Positions 13,306 to 24,979 of a stretch of DNA of 64,000 nt are shown here, in pieces; position 1 is the first letter of the stretch; every line of letters begins with the position of its first letter. This DNA is from Rotaria socialis (lineage: Eukaryota): the NCBI GenBank assembly GCA_905331295.1, contig CAJNYD010000449.1, positions 62,001 to 126,000 of the forward strand. Reading direction: 5' to 3'. Under the pieces are notes generated by a model. That model was given only the letters and a program-made list of their open reading frames with translations, did no database searches and was not told where the DNA came from. The position numbers and the translations under genes are program-made.

Positions 13306-14955
13306 ACAATAAAACAGAAACAACAATGCAGTTTGGAAAAAAAGGGAGGAGAAATACTTTTTTTTTTTTGATTGATATAATATTTTTTCCGAATGTATCT
13401 TGTTATTCATGCTGCTGTTGTTGTGATGAGACAGACGTTGACAGCACTATTCAGTCGTAAATCAAATGATATCCTTCAATGACTTTGCGCGTGCCTACAG
13501 ATTTATCGCTTTGACTTCCTTTGAGACATCATTTTTCTTCAATATTTTTCTTTCCTGCCTAAGTACTCTATTATCGAGTGCTGTTGATCTTTTTCTTCAT
13601 ACACAAAGCTAATCTCACTTGATTTTCAATTAACAATCACTGCTGTCCTTCTCATATGTAGATATTTGTACACACACGCACAGTGAGAAGGGATTTTCTA
13701 TTCTTCTCAACTTATGCTTTGCCCTATCAATATAGCAATCAATCAGATGAGGTGTCGAGCTTCTTTTTTTTTTCGTCTTCGAATTTATTCCACATGTGTT
13801 ATGTAAAACAGGAAAGAGCAAGTCTTCCGTAGGTGACAATAGTTTCATTCAAGTTTTCCGGTCTTGACGTGAGCATCAACATAATTTTCTTTTTTATTTC
13901 AATAAAAAAATGTTTTTCTATGCAATTATAAAAAAAGAGTAGTCTTTTATACTGTTAGTGATTTTTGCTTAATATATATTTTTACGGTTCAAATATAAAT
14001 TAATCATCATGAATAGTTTGACTTTCTTTCCTAGATATGACCATAAATATTCATTAATATGTTAGTTGTCTTTATTATTTGTGCATGATGAAGTTATCTG
14101 AGCTAGAGAGTGCGCGTGAATTCTTTTTTCTGAGTCAATCAGAAATAAATGAGATTTAAAAGAAAAAATATATATTAATTGACGGAAGAAAAAATTTGAT
14201 ATCATTTGAAATTTTGGCATTATAAAAGTTTGTTTTAGATCAAAGAAGAAATAAAAGCATAAAAAAATAATAAAGACGAGCAGTTTGGATTTCAGTGGTC
14301 CTCAAGTTTAGTTTCCACTGGTAACGGACATTAAATTAGTTTCCTTTTTTTAAAGGGTAAGTATGATTTTGTATAATATATTGATGCATATGTGAGAAAG
14401 TCGACAAGCCCGAATCAACAGTTATTGCAGTAGTTGCAAAGACAGAAATAATAAAAGGAAAGCCTTCTCGTTTCGTCGTGCTTGTTCCACTGTTAACGGT
14501 GAGGACAATTGTTTGAACATCCTTATTCAATCATTATCATCAGCGTCATCATCATCATCACCATCATCATCATCGTGCTTGTCGTTGTTGCCCGACTGAG
14601 TGAATCGTTCGATATATAAAAAAATGCTTTATGTTTGTTGACTTTTTCTTTTCTTTCTTATTCAACCGCTGTGATTGTTCCCATATAAATATTCACGCTT
14701 ATTCTAGCTTTCTTTTTAACACATAAGCAAGACATGAGAGAATAAAAGTGACAAAATCTTGGATACACAAGCAAGAAGAAAAACATTAATGACATTACAT
14801 TGACGGCAGCTGTTGAAAGTTATCAACAGTTATATTAATATAAAAGAAGCCTGTCTAAATTAATAAAGCCTATATACATAAGCTGTGAGATGAGAAAAAA
14901 GATAAATGATTGTCATTTTATTTCAGGTTCAAATTATCATTTCACATGGTGGCCG

Positions 14956-17900
14956 ATGACGAAATCATTGATTATTCTGTTTACTATTTTTATTTTACTA
15001 TTTTTACCATCCTCAACGTACTCGACATCATCCAATATCGGTCAAAGGAAAGTTCGAAGATCCTTCCCTTCTTATCTACCATCAAAACAAAAACCAAATG
15101 TAACCATTCTTATGATGTTTCCCGATATTGATCGATTTATACCAAATTTAAAATCATTGCTCATTGTTTATGACTACGTTGTTCATCATTATCAAATAGA
15201 AAAATGGCTTCATATTAATTTGCAAGCTAAAGATTCGAACTGTTCGATATCATTGGCTCCTCATAAGCTTGTTTCAGCAATGCTTTCAAATATTCCCGAT
15301 GTTGTTTTTGGACCTTTTTGTGGTAAATATAATTATATATTTTCTCTCATGTCATTGCTTACTTATAACTATTCTCATTTTTGACTTGTAGATCTTGCAG
15401 TAGCACCTGTAGCTCGTCTTCTTCACTTTCAAAATATTCCTCTTATTACAATGGGGGCCGTCTCTAATGAATTTACTTTACAACGACAAACAATGTATTC
15501 AACATTATTTCGATTCGGATATCGAACAGATGAACTAGGTAAGTCAGTTTCCGATTGTGAATGTTCATGAGGAGAAGAAACATCATAATTTCCTTACGTA
15601 GAGTTTCCTTCCTGATTTTATTTTTGATTTTACATCGACATAGAACAAATAACAATCATTAGATAATTATTTAATCATGATCTTTTGTTATATTCGAGAA
15701 TAGCATTTTATTCCTTTGAGTATTGAAAATAAGAAATGAGTTTGTCGTTGTACTTAGACAGTAACAAATATAGAGATAAGAGAACACACACACACACTGA
15801 CATGCAGAATGAAGTTGTCATCTGTCCTTATTCTCAGACATTTTTGTTTCGATTAATAAAACTAGTATCGATAAAAGAAAACTAAGTAGATTATCAAGGC
15901 TAATCTTCCAGAATAAATCAATAGATATGGAATTGTGACAATAAATTTAAAAAAAAAAGTTCAAAATAAAATCAATTTTGTATTTTGAAAAAGAAAATAC
16001 TAATAGAAAAGAAAAGGAACGATTTATTATTCATAATATTGTAAGGCTTTTACTGATGCAACTTATGACATTTCCATGTTGTCGGCATTCGACATCCAGA
16101 AGGAAAATGTCTATTTGCAGCAGACTCGTCTGTATAAAAATAGAAAATTTCCCTCTTAATTATACAGTTAAAAGTTATACGATTACGGCTGTTGTGGTAT
16201 CAACAGCTAACCAGTTTTTGTTATTTGTTCGCACTTCATATAAAGAGTACCGTGAATTCTTTCAGTAGCTTTGCTTTTATAGCATAAGCTAAACTAATGT
16301 TAATATATATCATAGATACGAAAAGACAGTTGTCTTTGCTATTTTTTCTTCTATAAACTAATTTTATGGATTTCATTCGACGAACCAATAGTATTGTATG
16401 AGTCTAATCTAATGGAAAATTATTGCAAAGAAAACTATTAGACGACAACGGCAAGTCAATATGATTAGAAATGGGATGCATCCGGATGTAACTAGAGAAT
16501 CGTAACGGGAGCATTACATACAAACGTATTCAACTAATTTTCAAGAAGCACTGAGATAATCGATAAAGACGTTCATTTAAGTGGCCTTTTCCGTAAACCA
16601 AAATATTGACTTCTAATTATATATCCATATCAAGCTGTTAAAAATGTTTAAATAGACTAAAAATCCATTGTAAATTGATAAAAGAAGACATCATATTTTA
16701 GGAAACAAATGAACAAAAAAAAAAAGAATTGATATAGAAATCTATTGTCTCATAAATCAGCTATGGGACAAATCAATAATGATTTGATATCGTCATTTTT
16801 ATGCCTTAGAGAAATATTATGGCTAACTTTTTCTTTCTGTGTCGATCAGATTTTATCTTGTAGAATGAGTTCTATCGAGAATAAAAATAACTGATTGAAA
16901 TAATATTGTTCTTTGTCTTTTATTCGAGTCGACATACATTAATAAACTTTTCAATATTGATTAACAGTAGACATTTGTTAATGACTAGAATAAGAGAGAG
17001 CGAGAGAGAGAGAACTTCATGCCATTCTACCAAAAATAATATACTGATTAAATTTAACTATTTCATTGAGGTAACTCAGGCTTGCTTATGGTAGAAAAAT
17101 GATCTTTTTCTTAAATCAATTCTTTGATAGTTTGTACGAATCATACTAAATACAGAACAAAATAATTCAGATGATGATTTTCTCATATGTTCTACAAGAG
17201 AATTACACTATGAATATATCAATTTAAAGTTACAACTATCTACCCAAGGAATATCATCATCCATCATGTGCTACCTAAAAGATTTGAGATGCATGGTATG
17301 CTTCATTTTATTACATATCATATCGTGATTCTCTCTGAAGCAGACGAAACAAAATGAAGTTAGAATTTTAATTAAAAACTTTTCACAGAGAACATTCTCT
17401 CTGAGAACAACATATTGAAAAAGTATTCGAACCTGTTCGTTGTTCGTATTCTAACATATGAATGTAGTAAAAACATTTCTATCGTGTCATTCATATATAA
17501 TAACACATTCAATCTTTTTATTTCAGTATAGAACTTAATCAGAAGGTTCAATATCGACTAAAGCACAACTATTTTCATCAAGTTTTATCTGTGCAGAACA
17601 TTGCAACTTGAATAGTGAAAAGATATTTCTTTGTATTTCTAAAAAGTACTTACCAATTATTTAACAAGATATTATTTGATAAATATGAAGTGCTTTAGCA
17701 TGAATATACGAGGAGATTGAACTATTTTAAATAAATTGATAGCACCTAAGAATATGTAACATATACTCAATATCTCAACTGAAAAGAGATCAGTGATTTC
17801 GAAGAATTTCTTCATACAACAGAAAATAAACATGGGTGTAGTTTTTCTTAGAAGAATTTAAAAGCATTGCATTAATTATTTGTGTCGAACTCCTTTTTAC

Positions 17901-20900
17901 TACATAAATATTTACTTGACAAATCTGGGCATTTGTTTTTGTTGACACATTTCTTGTTTGATTGATGCCAAAGACTTCGACATCTGGCGAATATAGACAG
18001 TCAATCTTTTCAACTGCTAAAATGTAAAATCATTTAGAATGATCTAAACGATAAAACTATATTTGCCACATCGAAGATATTGCATTTTGTTTTTGTATTG
18101 AAAGTTTATGTATTCTTGTTGCTTCTCTTCAGGTTCATTAATTGTCAAACTTTTACAGTATTATAAATGGTCATTCGTGAAATTTCTCTACGAAGATACT
18201 CCAAAACCTTGGCATGAATGCCAAGTTCTTTTACGACCAATTGCGCACACATTTGCATCCAATCAAATTCGTTCGGATAATCGAAAAATTACAAATCATG
18301 ATATAAAAGATAATTTTAAATCGATTTTTATCGACTTCATTAGTAACAATGCGTCAGGTGACTATTAAGAATTTTTTATCATTTGAAATATTCTATTTCT
18401 TTTTAAAATTTTCTACATATAAGTATCGTTGTGGTGTGTTAGTCCACGAACATTTCGTTCTGCTATATTAACAGCGAATAAACTTGGTTTTGTTAATGGA
18501 GAATATGTTTTTATCTATCTTGATACAGTTCTAACACAAGAAAAGTATATCAATATAATCATTGTTCGAGTTTATCTATATAGAATATGTTATGGCTTTA
18601 TTTATAGTACCGATGAAAAAAGTTTAGCTGTTCGACAACCATGGTTCGATCCAAATGAAACAGTTAGTGAAGTAAATGAAAATGCACGTCGTGCTTTTGA
18701 AACCGTATTATTTGTTCGACAACGTCTTTATACTGGCGAACGATTTCGTCGTTTTGCTGCTGATGTAGTTGAATTTGCGCGTGACACAAATCGAACGAAA
18801 CAATTGACTCATGAATCAGTACGTATTCTAGAATGTATTCTTTTCTTTATTTGATTTATAAACGGAAAAAGCAATCGATAGCTAATAAATCTATTCTTGC
18901 ATAGAGGTCGTCGATCAGAGTGAGTAGGCGGTTGATTTCATTCTTTTTCTTGCTCTCGATTTTATTATATTATTGAAAGCATGCTGCTGCTTTCTGCACG
19001 ACAGATTAAATTCTACTGATTTATCTTTGTTTTTGCTCACAAAATCAAAACTAGTAATAATGATTTCATTTGATTTTTCTTTGAAGAAACGAACTAGATT
19101 CAACTTGTTTGTATTTATATTCTATTTAGATTGGTACGGATGAGACAAACTTTTATGATGCTGTTGTAACGTACTTTAAAGCATTGAAAATGCATTATGA
19201 AAACCATTTTATACAACAAACGGCAGACGATGATGAGAAAATAATCTATCCATCATTAGATGCACATACATTTAAAAGCATGATTTGTAATCGTTCAATT
19301 GGTGGTACCAATAGAAATATAACACTGAATCATATTTGTGACCGCATTGATATTGGTTATACTGTTTATGATTTGAATCCGGATAATGGGGAGTTAGAGG
19401 TATATATATTAGAAAATATTCTTTTTTTTTTATAATTCACACACTAGAAAAATAGTAAAAATCTAGTTACTTGTGCACATAGATCTTTTACCGAATACAT
19501 CAAGTACAATTGAAAGCTAAATAAGAGCTGAAAAAACTTTGATTCGATAGAATTAGACGTGTAAGCCGACGCCTCGGTTGGCGGTGGCTCGAAAATTAAA
19601 AAGCTTTTTGATTCATCGACCGCGGCGGCTGGATTTTTCCGTTAATAATCGGCGGCGGCTTACACCTCTAGATAGAATCCGATAAAAGAAAATATCTGTG
19701 TTCGTTCTACTGGAAATTCAAAGGAGACTCATTATAAATCTATAATCATTATTTTGCCGTTATATTTTTACCTGGGCGAAGTGTTAAGTCAAGAATAAGA
19801 ACTTTGAAACAAAAACGCCCCGGAGGATTTTTTACATCTTTAGAGAGAAGAAAGGAAAAAGAAACATTGCAATATACATGTATCGTATCATCGCAATCCA
19901 GCATTGCTCTAATAATTAATTAAATAGAAATAGACTGAAGAAACATTGAATTCTCTACATCAAAAACAAGAAAAAAAGGACAAGGTCGAATAAAACTCAC
20001 TTTTCAGCTTCAGAAATATTATGCTTTTCTGTACTGAAATTAAATTACAGACAACTGACGAGAACATGTTTACCATAACTATTAGTCAATTTGTAGAACG
20101 AATTCCTTACATGTCCTTTGAAAATGTCAATCGATAGTGTCTGTAGAGTATAGATTTTGATTAACACGTCGAATCCGAGGTATGGTTAAAGAAACTGTCG
20201 AAATATTATCATCAGTCATCTCTCGCTAAATTTCAGTACAAAATAGAAACTCTAATTTTTCAAAGAGAAAAAGTATCACATCCGCCCTTATCCTTTTCTA
20301 AAGTAATGAAGATTATTTTACTATTTATACGCATAATTAGATGTGAATTGAATCGTAATCACTTATTTAAAGCATATATTTTTCTTTAATACTAAAATAA
20401 GAGTTGATTACATTGTTTGAAGAATCTTATTCATAACGATTTTGTTTTCCCAGAATCTTTCAAATGTGATGAACAAATTTTTGACTGATTCATTTTCTCT
20501 AGGCTGTTGTTGCGTATCCCGCAGAACCATTTTCAAGTGAAAATAAACAATTACAATGGTTAAATGAATCACGTCTTATTTATTTTATTGATAAAAATGC
20601 ATCATTCATTCGGGATACTCCACGCTGTGGTTTTAATAATATAAAATGTCCCAAAAAAAGTTCGTTAAAGATAAAGTCTCAATTATCCTATATATTTATC
20701 TTTGTCTTTCATGTTAGCTCTCATCCCAATATGGGGTTGGATTATCATAAGCCTTTCATCAATTATTGTTCTTCTGCTTATTGTTGGTTTTGTTTTATAC
20801 CGGTAAAACAAAAACGTTGTTTTTTCGTTCTTTTTTTTTCTCATATGAATCACAATTTAAGCCGAGCAAAATTTGAAGCTGAACTGAAAGCAATGCAATG

Positions 20901-23900
20901 GTTAATTAAATGGGAAGACTTAACAACACGAACACTTTTACATAATGGTGTTGCTACACCATCATTTAATAAATTATCTAGTTCATTAAAGGTAATCGAT
21001 ATTTGAAAACAAAAAAAAGTCAGAAAAATTATATTCTTGATCATATCATTTTTCAATAATTATCAGGATTTATCCGTACAGAAGTCAGTGAGTATGTGAG
21101 CAATTTCCATGAACTTTTGCATTCGAAAAGTTCTCTCTATCTCTCTTCTTTTATTCTTATTGTCCAATCTGCACGACTTGTATCATTGTCTTATTCTCTC
21201 ATTGAAGTGATTGTAAAGAGAGACTTACATATCTCTATCAAAAATCATTTCTTTGTTGTACTAACCATAAACACGCATTATAACATACGCATATACGTTA
21301 CAGGGGAGATTGAAATGCAGGGCTATTTAAAATAGGCCTTAGGGGAAATTGAAATTTTAATCTCCCCTAGGACAAATTTTAATTTTGTTTTCTCCGGGTT
21401 CAATTTATGAGAAAAAGTAAAGATTTTGATTTCAAAACGTACAACATTCATATCGACACTAATACTAACACCCATACACGCATCTACACCCACACCTACA
21501 TGTACACGCTACATCCATACCCACAAATAAGATAAGTGTCTTCTGCGCGAATTCAGATATTTGGAAAAGACTAATGTGATGGAACTTGATAATTAGATGC
21601 CAGTGTTAATGTGGGTGCGAATGTAGTACTTTTTGAAGTCAAAATCTTTACTTTTTTTCATAAATTGAACCCGAAAAAAACAAAATTATTATTTGCCCTA
21701 GGGAAGATTAAAATTTCAATTTCCCCTAAGGCCTATTTTAAATAGCCCTGCATTTCAATCTCCCCTGTAACATATACATTTAACTTGTCACTATTTTTCT
21801 ATATAATGCTATACAATGCGTGCTCAAATGTTTTCTTTCTATTTTTCTGTATGCTGTTTGTGCTTGGTTGTTTCATTTTCTTTTGTTCAATTTTATCTGA
21901 AAAATAGCTTTGATTTGGTTTTTTTCTTTTTGTTTTTTTTAGCGTAGTTCTGTTTCAAGCTATCGTTCAACTGATAGCGAATCAGGTGGACAATCGAAAC
22001 AAACATTTACAAAAACAGCTGTTTATAAAGTAAAGAAGGAAAATTCTTCGAAAATAAATAAGCAACTATCTTTTTTTTAAATTTAAATTATAGTCATCGA
22101 TTGTTGCTCTTAAACGATTTCATAAAGGAAAACTTGAAACAACACGTGCACTTCAATTAGAAGTTAAAGCAGTTGAGTAGAAATAGAAAATCAATATGTC
22201 ATGATTTGACCAATAAATAATATCTTAGATGCAAGATCTTACACATGATCATATAGCTCGTTTTATTGGGATTTGTACTGATCCCAAACATCAATATATT
22301 GTAACAGAATATTGTCCAAAAGGCAGTTTACAGGTTTAATATTTAGTTCTGTTGAAATAATCTTTTTTTAATGTTCATTTGCATTTTTTTTTCATTAGGA
22401 TATTCTAGAAAACGACGAAATTAAACTTGATACAATGTTTAAACATTCCATCATGCATGATATTGTTAAAGTATTTTATTTTATTATTTAGGTTTTTTAA
22501 AATTGCCTCAAAATAAATCAACTATTTACATTCAGGGTATGCAACATGTACATAATAGCCAAATTGGATCACATGGAAATTTAAAAAGTTCAAATTGTGT
22601 TGTTGATAGTCGATTTATTTGTAAAATAACTGATTTTGGCTTGCCAACATTAAGATCTAACAACAATAAAGATTCATCACCAGGTGTTGATAGAGATTAT
22701 ACGTATTATAGAAGTATGAGCATTGTTAAATATTAACTTTTATTGGTAAATTATATTTTATTTTATTATTTTTTAGATCGATTATGGACAGCACCTGAAT
22801 TATTACGAGATGGGAATGTACCGGCTGCAGGTACAATGAAAGGTGATGTGTATAGTTTTGGCATAATTTTACAAGAAATTGAAATACGTAATGGACCCTT
22901 TTATTTGCGAGATCAAGAATTAGAACCATCTGGTAGAGTCTTAATTTTGTTGTTCTCAAAAACCTTTTTATTTTTCTTTGTAATAGCAATTGTTGAAAAT
23001 GTTAAATCAGGCAGTTTGCTTCGTCCATCAATTGAAGCAGGCGAATGTAATAGTGAAATAGTAAATTTAATGAAACGTTGTTGGAGTGAGGATCCAAATG
23101 AAAGACCTGATTTTACGGACATTCGACAAGTTATGCGTCGAATAAATAAGTACTTGAGAAAATTTCGATATTGAACAAGATATGAAATATTCTTTTTCTT
23201 TTTTTATCAGAGATGGAGAGAGTGGAAATATTCTTGATAATTTATTGAAACGTATGGAACAATATGCAAATAATCTTGAGGTTTGCTCAGGATTAAGCTT
23301 TTATTAGAAAATTTCGAAGTCTTTTTCTTTTCAAGGGTCTCGTTGAAGAACGTACAAGTGATTATTTAGCTGAGAAAAAGAAAGCCGAAGAATTACTTTA
23401 TCAATTGTTACCTGCGTATGTATTTGAAGATATTATTAAAAAAAAGAACTTTTTTCCCATTGGTTCTGCCACTGGATCTTTTATTGAATTAACCAGAACT
23501 TTTTCTATGTCATATTCAATCAAAGATAAACGATAGAATACAACATACACATTGAGACGTGGCCCTTTTCTAAAATTTCATCTATACTAATATCACATCA
23601 ATTCATATATATATTCTAAAATTCTACAATACCATGTATACAAATATCAAATCACTTCATACATATTTAGTCGAGAATTCTAAAATTCTAGAATTTTAGA
23701 ATAGGGCCACTGCTGGGTTTATGTTTAAAATAATATATGTCATTGATGCAAACATCATGCTATTACGTATGATAATAATTGACAGAAAAAAAAATAAGAT
23801 TTACAAATAAACACATTACCAGATTTACTAATAAGATTTTCAGTTTTCTTCCTAAACATTAATTCTAATGAAATAAACTAATTCATGAATATTTTTTTTC

Positions 23901-24796
23901 TTTTGATTATTTGAAGCAAAATGTTTTTGTGTATTTTAATAGAACGGTTGCTGCTCAATTAATGACTGGCCAACCAGTTACAGCTGAATCGTTTGAATGT
24001 GTTACTATTTATTTTTCTGATATTGTTGGTTTTACTAAATTATCATCAGAAAGTACGCCATTTCAAGTTGTTGATCTACTAAATGATCTCTACTCAGTTT
24101 TTGATGCTGTTACTGAAAATTATGATGTTTATAAAGTTGAAACTATTGGTGATGCTTATGTAAGATTCTTTTTATTTTTTCTATCGAAAAAAAAATAAGA
24201 TTGAATCTATTTCTTTCCCTAATTAGATGGTCGTTTCTGGTCTACCGACACGTAATGGAGATTTGCATGCTCGAGAAATCGCTCGTCTTTCATTGGCTCT
24301 TCTCAATGGTGTAATCAATTTTCGTATTCGACATCGACCTGATACACAACTATTATTGCGTATTGGTATTCATTCAGGTCCCTGTGTTGCTGGTGTTGTT
24401 GGTCTTAAAATGCCACGATATTGTCTATTTGGCGATACTGTAAGTTTTAGTTGTTTATTTTTTTTTTCTTGAAGCAATAAATCAAACATTGAATTATTTT
24501 CAATTTAAAGGTAAATACAGCATCTCGAATGGAATCCAATGGTAAAGCGTTACGTATTCATATATCATCGAGTACAAAAGAAATTCTACAAAAATTGGGT
24601 AATTTTGAACTAAAATGTCGTGGTGATATTGAAATGAAGGTTTGCATTTTCTTTTTGTACTCTTTTTTTTATCTTCCAATTCATTTATTAGGGGAAAGGA
24701 AAACAAAGAACCTATTGGTTACTAGGCGAAAAAGATGGTTTAAGTGCTCAACATAGTTTGGTGAATTGGAAGGATGAGACTGTTGACGAGCATTAA
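14956..24796 (+). CDS. Receptor-type (membrane) guanylyl cyclase, natriuretic-peptide-receptor-like, about 20 exons
   Basis: Signal peptide [20 protein letters not shown]-receptor ectodomain ([40 protein letters not shown]). TM helix ([24 protein letters not shown], ~20728-20800). Kinase-homology domain ([47 protein letters not shown]). Coiled coil ([16 protein letters not shown]). Cyclase ([50 protein letters not shown]) with the GTP-specifying E and C residues. Ends [13 protein letters not shown]...DEH*. Confidence 0.95.
19554..19670. mobile_element. hAT-type MITE (117 bp) in a guanylyl cyclase intron, 8-bp TSD GATAGAAT
   Basis: gatagaat|TAGACGTGTAAGCCG ... CGGCTTACACCTCTA|gatagaat. Confidence 0.9.
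21297..21771. mobile_element. Foldback MITE with ~145-bp terminal inverted repeats, in a guanylyl cyclase intron
   Basis: GTTACAGGGGAGATTGAAATGCAGGGCTATTTAAAATAGGCCTTAGGGGAAATTG... is mirrored at ~21626-21771. Flanked by atatac on both sides. Confidence 0.9.
23557..23712. mobile_element. Degenerate MITE with GTGGCCC.TTCTAAAATT inverted ends
   Basis: GTGGCCCTTTTCTAAAATT ... AATTTTAGAATAGGGCCAC, internal TTCTAAAATT repeats, no clean TSD. Confidence 0.55.
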
Positions 24797-24979
24797 TCAA
24801 TATATTTTGTTTGTTTTTTTTAATGCATAGTTTGTGTTTTTACTTTTCTTTATGCGAGTTATTGAAATTAATGATAAAAAGACAAAAATTATGCATGATC
24901 ATGTTTCCTTTTTTTCGATCTGACATTTATTTTTTTCAAATAGAGATCCATATAAATATAAATATACATAAAACATAAT

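Noticed and set aside
13171..13460. Poly-Ser and poly-Lys/Arg ORFs
   Set aside because: These are translations of a trinucleotide microsatellite.
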